Part shown: positions 11,368 to 23,951 of the stretch, piece by piece
How positions within the stretch are numbered: the stretch's first letter is position 1
Layout of the letters: each line of letters starts with the position of its first letter
Made by a program: the position numbers and the translations under genes
The notes under the pieces: model-generated
What the model was told of the DNA's origin: nothing
The model's database searches: none
The model's input: the letters and a program-made list of their open reading frames with translations, nothing else
NCBI GenBank assembly: GCA_023515725.1
Contig: JALDTO010000142.1
Span: 62,001 to 126,000, forward strand
DNA: 64,000 bases
Source: Amoeboaphelidium protococcarum X5
Lineage: Eukaryota; Fungi; Aphelidiomycota
Direction of reading: 5' to 3'

Positions 11368-13575
11368 TCACTTAGATTAAGACTTTTGCTTCTTATTTCT
11401 TAATTTTTCACCTGCGGCTGCATATCTCGTCTTTTTCCGTACGTTATTGCGTGGCCTACCTTTGCAAGGCTGACTGCCATCTGGTAGGCGGATCTCTTCA
11501 TTCTCTTACTCCGTGATTTAGTCAGCTTCTGCCTCAGATTCTACAACGTGAGAGGAATTTTTCTCCTGTGGGCGCATAGACTACTCTTGCGATGCTGCAA
11601 CCTGGTTCAACGCCTTTAAAGTCAGCTTTTTCCCCTTTATTGTACGAGCTTTATCATGAATGTTGACGAACACGCCGTGCATGTCCCGATCCAGCATCTT
11701 TTTCTCTTTTCTTGCAATATCCTCGTCCCCGAGAATTGGACGCGTCTCTTCGTGCCCAGCTGCAACAACTTTACAATACAAGTTCTCCATCGTCACTTCT
11801 GGCATGCTGTCTGAACTCTATTTACTAAATACACGATACTCGGTTGGCTACTATTTATACCATCTTGGTTTGTACAAAGCTAGAGGTACAATCTACGCAT
11901 GGACATCATTTATGTACCAAGCAAAATAATGCCTGCATGGGATGCCATATGTGACTGGCATGCAGCACGAGCATTATATCGAGAAGTCTGTGGAAATTAC
12001 TAATTTTGCTCTGCTATTAGGAGGGATAATACTCTACACCCACACAATTCTACTCCCAGTCTCGTTCTAGATGGTTTATGGTGTTGGTGACGCATTAGTA
12101 TCAAGAAATAGGTCATAGTGTACAGAGTCTAAGCTAGAGCCTTGAACACCAACTAATTCCTGAGCATCGCCTACAGCTATGCTCTCGTCAGCCAGTCTGT
12201 ACTCTGCCACTCCTCGATACATTTATGCTAAGGTCTAAGCGAACGCAAATGTGCTTAGATTATCCTACAGATAAACCATCAGGTCTTCACCGTAATAACG
12301 ACTGAGTCTCTCCAATTCACTGCTGTTATTTGCCACGCGTGACTAAGTCCAAGTACTGGATTACTCGAGGCCCTGAGCAAAAGATAACTTGCTTATCTAT
12401 TCAATGGAATTAACTAAGGTGGTTTTGCCGTTTGCCACTTTCCTAACTTGGCTATTGAAAGATTCAGCGATGGATGACGCGCTCATGTCCATGTTAAAAT
12501 AATGCATTTGATAACACTTGACCCACAGTGCCCATGTGTCTCGACCAAGTTGTTCGTTCATATACTGCTCCATGATTGGGAATTCCTGGAGTAGGCGATG
12601 CCAGCGACGATTAAAGTCATCTGCACTAAGTGAGTAACGCATCGACGTGAAGTTTGCCAGAAATCTAGCTCTCTGCACCTTGTCTTTTATTCTGATGGAG
12701 CTACTCTTTACATTCTGCAATATGTGCCAAAAGCACAATGCGTGGTTTACTCCGTCATATTCCTTTAATGAACGCTGCAGAGCTAAATCCTTGTCAGAGT
12801 AAACAGTCTAAGGATACCAACTACTGTTGGTTACCATCCAATTTAAGAACCAGCTAAAATCCTCCGACGTCTCTCTTTCCACTAATGCAGCTGCACCAAG
12901 ACGGATCTTACCTTCTCTATCCACGACTACCACTGCAACCAATGGCATGTTAAGACTGTTCTTTTTGTCGGTGGAATCAATGGTAATCATGTCGCCGTAC
13001 AGTTGGAGATTTTGCCTCATTGCTGGCGTCATCCAACAGATCCTTCGTATCACATTCTACTCCTTGTACAGACCATGTACCCATTGCCCCTCTGCAGTCT
13101 TCTCCTGCAAGTATTACAACAAACTCTTAGAGGTGTCACCCTCTGTTTAACACTATGGAAGTCTCCTTATATAATTTTGGACTTACTGATAATCCCAGTT
13201 CTAATCTCTATACTTGACGCGTAAAACTTAAAGTACTACTGCAGGAGACTAGCCTGCCTATATCAACGCTATGATATCTTATTCTATCTGAGGTTATAAT
13301 TGCGCGGATTCCTTCATCTTGGCTCGTTTCACGTATGGATTTAACTCAATAGCCGCTAAAGACTACGACTGGTGATTGTGGTTTAAATGGAAGCTCTGTG
13401 GGCAGACTCTGCCATTTCTAAAGACGAAAGTGCCTCTCCAAAGGCAGTTGGTCTTTTTGGAGAGCTTATTGCGTTGAGAAAATCCATCATCCTTGAGTAC
13501 TCTAGTCGGTTTTCCGGCCTTTTAGCATTTAAGCCTCAAGTGACTAGCAGTCTTCTCATGTTTAACAATCACCCC
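11368..13575 (-). CDS. MULE transposase core: FAR1/WRKY-like Zn domain, DDE domain, SWIM finger, AT-hook-like tail
   Basis: Open frame under code 6: LKCQKAG...SKKTNCLW...LNHNH; DMITIDSTDKKNSLNMPL...ETSEDFSWFL...TVYSDKDLAL...HALCFWHILQN; CSCCMPVTYGIPCRH; KGRPR; TGA at 11368. Joined to the upstream ORF across a frameshift at about 13572. Confidence 0.9.
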
Positions 13576-15050
13576 AATGAGTTTTACCATCTCTAAGTAT
13601 ACTCCATAGCCTACTCCATCGAATCAAAGGATTTATTCATAAAATCTTCATCATCTTCCTACTCACCAGTCCTGACTGAATCCGCCTTAGTAGACTCAAT
13701 CATTGATTCTTCCGGACGGCAATTCGCGGTCGTACTCTTCTTCGACTCAGCAACTTCGAGCTGTTTGACAAATGGATTACTGTTGGATACAACATTAGCA
13801 AAGCTTACTTCATTTTTGGAAGCATCAAATCTGACTACAATCTCAAAGCTTTGAGAGACGTGACTATGAAAGAATGGCGTTGGGTTGAGTTTACTTTCAC
13901 CAAAGCTTTACTTCTATACTGTACTAGGCCTGCCATTCATGCCGGTCTCCTCACTTTACGCGTCATCATCCTGGCTTAAAACAGAGAACCGATTACTTTT
14001 GATGACCGAAGACTGAAATATACTCTCTTAATACGTATACACTACTTTGGCAGGAGTTTTGGGAGCCACCACATGGTTAGTCTTATGCTATGAAGATGAT
14101 CTGCACGCGTCCTTTTACTCTACTGCATTACTTTCAGCTTTATCGTTTTGAGAATTATTTTGGTCCACTTAAGAAGTCATGGAAGACATAACAGATTTCT
14201 GATCAGATGCAGCACTCATTTCTTCATCGGCGGAGACAGGTCTCTTGACGGCTGAAGATTGCGAAGGATTAGTCTACTCTGGCATAGCCAATAACGGGCT
14301 CTCTTTCTACTTGAGTTTCTCTTCTCGTTTTTGGTAGTAATTCTAAAAGGCCTGGAGTGACACTTTCAATTCCGCGTCGGAGAGTCCTGCATCCTTCATC
14401 GCTGCATACGAATCTGCATTGGGTAATTCGTCCTTGAAGTCGGTATACTTCGATTACGCGTCCCAGAAGTCTTTCCAACCTGGAAGCAATGCCCTTCTTG
14501 AGCTCTTATGGCCCTATAGAATTGCATTTGAAGGAAGTACGCTGATATTACTCAAAGATATGAAGTGATTGGCATTGCTTGGAGTGGACCAGGCAATGTG
14601 AAGGGTCTTTAAGTCCTGCAGCTTTAATCCCTTAGAGTCTTGAACATATCTCTTTGGAATAAAGGTGCATCCTCCGCTATTACTGATTATTTTATCTTCT
14701 ACCTTCACAATTTAATCGTGTAGGGCTATAATGACACCTAACGCATTGGCAATTGCAGCTATATGGAACTGTGCCAAGTATACACCATCAGTTTCAAGAC
14801 TACGCACTAATTCTAGATATTCCCCCTATGAGTGCTCATACCTCATGTCACAATAGACACTCTTATTGTCTTTTACTTCTTTCAATGATAAGTTCTTTAC
14901 CTTCTTCCACTTCTTCTCCGTACCATACATGCTGTATGATATCGCTCTGGATAAGCAATTACCATCTCCTAAAGGATCATAAGTGATAATACTGTCTAGA
15001 ATATCTGAACTTAAATAAATATTGACAAATGATGCAGATTTATTATTCAT
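13569..15050 (-). CDS. MULE N-terminal ORF: OTU-family cysteine protease domain plus low-complexity linker (493 aa)
   Basis: ATG at 15050; DPLGDGNCLSRAISYSMYGTEKKWKKVK...IAAIANALGVII...LHIAWSTPSNANHFISL gives the OTU GDGNC...H signature. Ends FMNKSFDSMEQAMEYTQRWQNSLG-TGA, which looks like the start of the FAR1 domain. Confidence 0.8.
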
Positions 15051-15069
15051 ATTGGTCACTATAGAATAG

Positions 15070-15176
15070 TTGGTGCTGAATAAAAGGGCCGAATAGCTAT
15101 TGTTTCACGTTTCACTTCGGGGCTGAATAGGATTGGGCCGAATAAGCGAGCCCGATCGGGCCAAATACTTTTTCCC
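15070..15176 (-). repeat. Right TIR of the MULE
   Basis: Reverse complement GGGAAAAAGTATTTGGCCCGATCGGGCTCGC...CAGCACCAA matches 11231-11337. Confidence 0.92.
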
Positions 15177-15185
15177 TTTTCTTTT

Positions 15186-16136
15186 AGTTAACAGTTTCAA
15201 TGTAGAAACATGCTGCATAGACTCTCTATAACGACTCTCAGTCCAATTAAAAGCTTCAAACAGGAGACATTTGCAAAGGGCGTGATAAACCGTTCTATGC
15301 TTTACTCTACACAGTAGGGATGCAGACGACAATCCACGACTCTCTGTAAGTAAATCTTTAATTGTTTGAACTTGCAAGCCTCAATCGCAACTTTAGTCAG
15401 TTTAAAATCGCCAGTATATATACTTGATTACAGCGGTGGCAACGCATACTTTAATAGCCAATTCTTCAGGAAGCCAAAAGTGAACAGGGAACTGTGTCGG
15501 AGAATGATTATACTCGGATTATCATTCAAACTAGCCAAATCTTTGTTTATGCACTAAAGAATAGAGAGCTAACATTGTTGAACCTGGAATAAATCGGCTA
15601 AACGTACTTGTCCTCTAACACGTAGGTGATAGATAACATATAGTTGTATTCGAGCTGCCAACCGATTATTAGCCACGATACTTTTGCAATAGACAAGATG
15701 CCAACTGTGTATTTCCTATCCCAGATGAACCATCAACAAAAATAAATGGTACTCTACCATAAGGATTGTCTCGGCAAAAGGCAATAGTCTATTACACCAG
15801 TTGGCAAAACAGCATCAATTTTACGATTCTATAGAGGATCCCAAATAACGCGTCGGCAACATTGCAATTCTGCCTATAAGCCTATTCACCTTCAACATCT
15901 AACCCAATTAGACCATTCAGCACATCAAAAATGGATTTTAGCGAGAACTACGCAGAAGAGCATAAAATTTTATATATGTCACGGCCCAAATCACCATAGA
16001 AGGCGCTCCATTACGACTCGCTTAAACTAAACCAAAGCGAAAGAGCTGCTTCTCTATCATTTAACAGCTATAGAATGTGACCATCGAAACGCGGGGCGTG
16101 AGTCTAAAAGAAATCTAGCAGGTCCTATTCAATCAT
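15186..16136 (-). pseudogene. Crinkler (CRN)-like effector pseudogene, 5' part (helical/SAM-like header + P-loop NTPase)
   Basis: ATG at 16136 (MIEQDLLDFFQTHAP..LWFSLSESQWSAFYGDLGRDIYKIL); VPFIFVDGSSGIGNTQLA (Walker A with K>N); QPIYSRFNNVSSLF..CINKDL; SLFTFGFL. At least two frameshifts between about 15670 and 15550. Confidence 0.65.
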
Positions 16137-16530
16137 TGTTTTGCTATTCCAAATTAGTTACGATAGAATATCAAAAGTGAAAAGAAGGCGGAACGACGTA
16201 ATAATGATAGGTCGCGATTGACGCGTCGTAACCACCTACAGTAAAAGAGCACATACAATACACAAACACAGCACAGTTTGTAGATAAGCATCATTTAGTA
16301 GTTGGGGATATATCCCATTATATACAGACTTTGATTGCGATTGGTGTAAATTATCCCTTCTTCATTGGATTACGCGATAAAGTTCAGACAATCATCATTA
16401 GCAAATACGTTCTATAATTCGACTGACTAATTACAGTACATTGTTACGTAAACCAGTTCATGTGGATTAGGATATTCTAACTATCAATAACAACAAATGA
16501 TACATTCATTAATCATCATTTTAATCATAA

Positions 16531-19500
16531 TCATAATTGAGCCGGCCTTTAAAGAGTATCGTCTTCACCTTATATTATCATTGATTCCGAACTTTTGAGC
16601 CGTTTGACTGACGAAGAGCCTTCTTATTCCTCTTTCATTTACTGTTCAAATCCAGCGCCATTACCTTCATCATCGTTATCATTACTTTTTACAACTTGCA
16701 CTGCAGTTAACGGCATCGGAAGAACAGTCTCCATATCCACTACAGCAGGACTAGAAAGGACCATAAGTTGAGAGCTTTTGCGAGATCCCAAATCTTGAAC
16801 ATCATTATCACGTTATACAGATCCGTCATTCTAAGATATTTGACCATCAGCTGGCTAACCTCTGGAAGGAGTAATAAGTCTGGAGTCCTATTCATCAATT
16901 TAAGTCTGCGGTAGTTTTCCAATCACCTGATTTAGAGCATCTTCAAGTGCGAAAGCATCATCCGAATCATCATCCTCACTTGAACTACCAGATAGAGTAT
17001 GCTACTGGTCAGACACACCTTCCATCCCAGGCTTATCTCCTACACCCCGCCCGTTCATTTCGGTAACACCATGCTCGCGCTAGATATGGAGATGATCATC
17101 TATCAAGTCATCCAGAGGAAAGAATGCCTCACTATCTGACATTGGATCCTCTTCATCGGCATCATCCTAAACGTCCCGCTCAACTTGATCACCATATCCA
17201 TAATGCTTGCTAGATGGACTAATGGCTCCACTCTGCTTTTACTTATTAAAATACAGCTAGTCTCTATGATCGAGATAGCCATTGTCGTCGTCGCTGTCAA
17301 TATCATAGCCGGCAGCTCTCAGGTCCTCTGTAAAGAACTAACCGAGATCCTCAAACTGATCAACTATTGCCTGATAATCCATAGGTTCCATATCAATATC
17401 AGTTATAGAGGGTCTTCCGCGAGTGACACCAGTGGTATTCTGTTACTGTTCTGTTTGCTACTACTACATCTACTGGACTTGCAGTGCTCTTTAATGAAGA
17501 GCATCAGAGCTGGCAGTTCTCTCAATAACTCTGGTAGCAATATAGGACGATATCACCTGCGACAATGACGACCTTGTCTTCTAAGTGTCACTGTCACGGT
17601 GAAGCCATTGGTCATCCGTGTCGACACAGCGCTCCAAGATGAGAGGTACATCGAGGCTTTTCATTTTGGCAACATTGGATAGCCTGATAGTCTCAGAAGA
17701 AGTCAAAAGAATTCGAATAACCTCATCCAGTATGATTTAAGCTTCATTAGACGTAGCAGACGGCAATACTAAACGTTGAACCAAAGGAAGTAAACTTTCG
17801 CTCGTCAATTGATTCAGTTAATTACTAGCTGGACTGATATTGATAAGAAGAGCCTTGAGCAGCTTAAAGATCATCAACTCCAATTTCTAATCCTTATTAT
17901 TAAGCATCTACAAACAAAATTACACCAAATTCACATCATACTGTGACATATAAGTGTCTTTCATTATTCCACTGAATTGCTTTACAATATCATCAGCATT
18001 CGATAGCTTTCCATTAATGAAGGAGTCAAACAGACGACTAAATGCAGAAATTTATGATGATTCCCGGCACACTCTACTCAATGATTATAATGACTGAACC
18101 AGGTCCTTGTCCGGTTTACCCCCCTAATTGCATTAAAGAAGCATAGGAAATACAAGACAAAGGAGAATATTAAACATTCCAAATGGCTGAGCAGATGCGA
18201 AATTCGGAGGTAATATTTTGCACAGAGCATGCAATGACAATGCAGACTTGCTGTAACTCTTGGATGATTGCAGTCCCTTCATGAGAAGTTGAACAACTTT
18301 ACTGATCAAATCATGCACAGACTGCAGACCAAGATTAGACAAAATCACTGTAACAGCAAGATCATTAGAGAAATCTAATCTGGACAAGAACAAATACACA
18401 ATATCCAAACTAAGCTAGTACTCAACAATGACACAGGAATTAAGACACTCCAAACACGCCCAAAATAGTTGAGGGAACAACAATAGACGGGCGCCATCGT
18501 ACTGCCCAACTACCATGTGCAAAGAACGTAGAATCTCCTGGGCAAACACTTAAACATCCTAATTAGAGTCACAAATGGTATTCGATAAACGCGCTAGTAG
18601 ATCGGCAAGCATTTTTTGACTGAACACCGGATTGACCAATTGAAATAATTGCAATGATCTGAAAGCAATGTGACGAACAGGACATTAAGTGGCATACTTA
18701 ACGCATAGATCTCCAATATCTTACAGCAATTCTTTGCGCACAAGATGTAATGACACTGCAAATCCATCCAAAATCATTTTCAGAACGGGTTAAGTGAGTT
18801 CCTGCTTGGATTAAGTACTAAGCTAATAGCTCTTGTCAGACTTCAAAACCTTATCGAAATCGCTTTAAAGAGAGTTCACTTTGGTGAAAGCGGCTTTATC
18901 AAACTAAATCTGCAAAGCCAGATGTTTCAAAATAGCCTGACAAATGATAGAAGCGTGCTCCTTTACCACCGCAATCCCACCATCAAGATAGCACATTGAC
19001 AGCAGTATAGCTTGAGGAAATATAGACATACAAGTACCCGGGGCCATAAGCAATAGATCAGTGACTAATACCAAAACAATATTTCCAATAGAAAACACAG
19101 GCTTGCCAGAATCAACACCAATAACTTGTTCCATTGAGCCAATATATAGAGACGACGAACTGTTGTCCATATGAACATTGAGACTGCCCCTCTTCTACGG
19201 GATCATATTCTTAGGGTAAAGTTACTTCTACAGATAATCCAAGATTTATTAGCTCATTGATCCTCTTGCGATCATGCCAACAACCTTCCGTGCTATGAGC
19301 AGATAGCTAGAATTCCGCTTATTCAAACACTCATTGATGAGAAACTCAATAATAATCAACAGATTGTCCTACACCATGGCCAGCTTGGTCCATATTTTCA
19401 CTAATTTGCTCTCGAAAGCAGATCCATACTTGGCGGTGAGATGAACAAAGTTATGCAGCACAAACAAGGTTGATGTATTCTGCGAGTCATTACCACCGCC

Positions 19501-22500
19501 TAGGCTGAGTAGTATAAGTCCGGCCCACTGCTCAATAACGTTTAAGCACTGCTCCTGACCGACAGAGTGCAACTTTGATATTTATATAAATAGTTCCGAC
19601 ATCAAAGACGAGCTCTCTGCAATAAAGCTCTCAAATAACCGTTTAGTAAGCAAAGAGGAGCCATGTCTAACAGATGGCCAAGATTGAGATAGGATAGATA
19701 ATCGCACATCATCTATCACCAACTGTACAATACTAGATTCAGCCAGGTATTAGAGCAATTCCAAGGAAATCTTTCTACATGAAGACTAGCCGCTCCATAA
19801 ATTGTATGACGCCAATTGAAGAAGTCGTGACAATGGGACGGACAATCCTTCAGACAGATGCAAATGGACGACACTTTTCAAATAGATATCTGCCAGGTAG
19901 GACGATCCATCACGATCGTATGCTGATTACAGTGCCAATTCCAATACCTAAATATCATTTCTATTGGCAGATATTGCATTCTTCAGCGCTCTCTCACCAT
20001 ATTAGGCAATTTTCTCATCATTGTGACATACGGTTAAATCGATCCATTCAAATACCTAGGGAATAGTTAGATGCGCTTTAAGCACAGATTCAGCAGGTGG
20101 CATGATTGTGCCAAAACATAAACTGGCAATAGCACCGGCAGACGCAACTTCCAGCGATTTCCTCTACTCTTCCATCGCACTTGTCAGAGCTGCACGCTCC
20201 CTAACATCCTTGACATGTTCCAAGACACTCATGATCATCTTGCTCTCGCTCTCTTTCATAACGCCGCCCTTTGGTCCATACCCACACCATTCCTCAAATA
20301 ACTCGTACAGAGAGAAACGTAGTTCATATGGCATTGCCTGCTAATGATCCATCACAGACGAAGACTTGTAATAATATCGCGCCACAAGTTGAGCGAAATA
20401 ATACCTCAATATCTGGTGGTCCCACTCCATCTACACCTCCATATCAGATAAGAAAGCACCCACTTCTTTAATGAACGATAGCATGAACGCAGTAAATTTG
20501 GAATCATTCTTGAACTGATCGATGGTTATGACATTACATGACAAGAATAAAATGTTGGTGATATTAGCTCGTAAGCGCTCCAATCTTTTCACACGTCGAG
20601 TACTACCTTTCAAATATCGAGCCCTCATGTCATCTACAACAGATTTGATATAGCTTTGAATCTCCTCTAAAAAATCTTTCAACACCAGAAAATTCAAATT
20701 TCCAAAAGCAATCACTACAGACTATCTAATGGCAGAATTTTCAGAATTTATTAGCTGAAGAACATAGCTCGACAGTTCCTGAATGCAATTCAACGCGACA
20801 CTCTATTTAGACTTGCTAGGCTTCCAGTTCTTGTCAGATTATTGGATGCATACACAGATATATACCAAGTACATCTTCCACTGTTCAAGAATCTCGGCAG
20901 AGGCAGGCTACAATGTCTTTGAAGACCATTTGCTTGAGAGAGTGGAAGATTAATACTTGGACGGATCGGAGCTGGCCATCACATTGGGAAACAAATGCAA
21001 AAATCTATCCACAATGTCCTGATAAACATTCAACAACAAGGATGGACACTTGCTATACAACAGCTTGAAGACTTCAGGAAATATAGAATCCCAAACTTGC
21101 AGTTCACTACTATTATCGCTAGCAATTAGAGTCAAAAGATACGGCTGCTCATCATCTTTATGCTTGTATAAAATCTCCGGAATCTGCTTGTAATCATCAG
21201 AATGAATGGACAAAATAGCTGGCAGAGCTTGATTCAATATTTCAATGACAGACAAGAACTAATACGGATTCTGAGATTAAGACTTGATTCCCACGGATAC
21301 AATTTACTAAATAAGCTGCTTGGATAACTTCAACAGCTTCACCGCCTTTGAACGAATGGCAGGAATGAAATTGCAAATATGTATCACACCAAGTTACTCG
21401 GTGGCCAGAAATAGATCGACGTAAGAGTCGTGACTGGCATCTTGCACCACAATAGAGGAGATAAAAACTTCAATCACAGAGCAGTAGAGATCAAGCAAAG
21501 ACTCAGTCTAATCATTAGGTAAATATTTAGCTTATCGAATGAATTTAGCCATTCTATCCACTACAATGATATCCTTGTCTTTACTTTTATTATCAGTGAA
21601 AACATTCTATGCATTCATCAATCTAATTACAGCTTATCCTGCAGTGGATGCTAATTCTTGGTCATGATGGCCACAAAGCTTTACAAGAACGTCCACATAA
21701 TCTATGAATCCTGTAGAGTCATCATTGAAGGCAGGCTATACCAGTGGTTGTACTTTCAACCAACCGAGAACAAATTCGTAAAAACCGCTCTTATCTCGAG
21801 TGGTTGATGTACTTACCAAAGTATCAAAGGTGTTCGATGATATAGTGCTCAGTGCCGATATAGTACCTTGTGTCAATGTAGATGACTTGTGAGTTGAAGA
21901 TCTATCATCAGCTGCCGAATAGGAGGTAAGATGAGTTATCGCTTGCTTCACCAGGTTAAACAGCTGGGTGGAATACTTCTTGATCAGATCAGAGTACTTG
22001 GTACTAACCTGTGACTTTTCAGACAAATATTTCAAGATTGACTGATCAAAACGCTTTACAACATCAGCTTCAAGAGGTTCAATAAGATCACCAGAAGGAC
22101 AAATCATAGAATCAAATACAAAATCGGGCTTACTATTATTACTGGAGGCATTAAGCATGCTACAAATGGAATAGAATGCAACCAGAACTTTCTCAACAGA
22201 CACCATATCAAGGATGCCATTAGGCTAGTCCGCCATTAACATGGTATTGAACCAGTTCTTGACCATGTAATCGTAATGACGCACAGCAATAATGACTGTG
22301 AAATGAACAAATATATCAGCCGGGATCTCTGATGGAAACATTGGCTTCCTAGAACCAGGATTCAAAACTTTCAAAATAGAGTCTATTCGCTTATGAGTGG
22401 GAGATATAGCCTCTGTACATCTATAATTATAAACCCACAGTAATCTGTTGATACAAACCAGAGCCAAATTCTTTGAAGTCTTGTCTTTTAGCTTTTACAT

Positions 22501-23586
22501 GCACAATTCCAAAATCACATTAAACTTTATCATAAACTGGTCCTTTTTAGTAACTCCGAGAAGTGCACACAACAGTGGAAGAATAACATTTAAATACCTC
22601 GGCTTGGCTATCATCTTATATCCCTTCTAATACATCAAATCAATAGACTGACTCCACGTCGGTAAATTAACTTCAGCATTGACCACCTGACCGAGTGGCA
22701 TAAGAAGATCAGTGATTAGAGAAGCATAAGCCAATTTTAATACGGAGCTATGACTAGCATTGAATAGTCCAGCAATATGCTATACAAACTACACAGACTA
22801 TTCAAGCGCATCTTGCGGATACATCTTAAGTCTAACGTACTTTAAAGACTTTATAAACTGCTCAGCCTTGGCTTCTTTCATAGAGTTCAGGTTGGCCAAT
22901 TCATTGAAAATTCGCTACTTTACAGATACAAATCTCAGTCGAGACAACCAGCCGAGACACTCTGCGAACAACTAAATAGTCACATAGCGCTCATACAATT
23001 GTACGTTGGCATCAGAATCTGGCAATCTAATTTACTAAAACATCATCTCTTCCAACTTTTATCCAAGATCCCCATCCAACTCTTGCGCCTTAATGTGTCC
23101 CAAGATACTGATAAGAGCACGACAGAGAACAAAATTGGCAGCAAACACTTTACGCTCTTTCAAAGCCACAGTAATTTCTTTAATCTTTATCGGACTAGTG
23201 TCGAGACCTGCTACAGATTATACTATACCAGAGTCCACCGGATCACTCTTCCCTTTACGCCAGTACATCAATCCATCAATAAGCCCTTTGGTGCGATGCT
23301 TCGACAACGAGCCAATATTCTCAATTGCTCGATCAAAATCTGGATCTGAACCTGCAGTCAAATATTTGGTAATTTCAGCATCTGATCTATTAGAACTACC
23401 CATAAGATTTAACAACATCACAATCTTCTAATCTGCATGCCGTGTGAACTCACTAAACACTGCTTGAAACACAAAATCCGGCAGCTTTTTACTCTTATAA
23501 GCACTCAGTGGACTAACTTCATTACTGGTAAAGCTCTGATTACCAGAAGTTATACTAGATATAGTTCTATCCCCCAGCTTTGACAT
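16531..23586 (-). CDS. TAO3: Furry/Tao3/Mor2 cell-morphogenesis scaffold (2351 aa, intronless)
   Basis: All minus-strand track fragments (23421, 22467, 22206, 21255, 20715, 19572, 19170, 18408) share one frame from ATG 23586 to TGA 16531. Motifs: LIDGLMYWRK, ALVCINRLLWVYNYRCTE, ATQCPVRHIAFRSLQLF, LLFPQLFWACLECLNS. Acidic low-complexity tail. Confidence 0.9.
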
Positions 23587-23951
23587 GATACTGACACTGT
23601 CACAATAAAGACGTCTATGTAAATATTAATAACTGGGGATAAAACAATGATCTGTTTGACAGTTTGAACGCAGAGTGAGTGAGAGAAAGAGAGCAAAGCG
23701 AAAGATCAGAGAAATAGAAAGGAGGAAATGGCGAGCGAGTTGACTGACACAAAGACGACACAAAAGCGCTGGAGAGAACACGCGCTTCATCAAAGTGAAA
23801 CAAGCAGCTCTATGCTAAAGCGACGAAGAGCAGTGGAGTAAAATTCTGACGTCAATTCTGGAGCATAAGTACAATTTAAAGCACAATAAATAAGATAAAA
23901 CTGCTTTTTAATTAAATGTGGAGATAATATTTCAATATAAACTAGCCCAAA

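Larger units (their letters stand above)
11231..15176 (-). mobile_element. Mutator-like (MULE) DNA transposon, 3946 bp
   Basis: 107-bp TIRs starting with G (about 15 mismatches between ends), 9-bp TSD, and an internal MULE DDE transposase with a SWIM finger. Confidence 0.95.

Noticed and set aside
17185-17568. Antisense track ORFs overlapping Tao3, Pds5, Tubby and the mucin stalk (e.g. 36616-37050)
   Set aside because: Shadow frames of real genes with no independent motifs.
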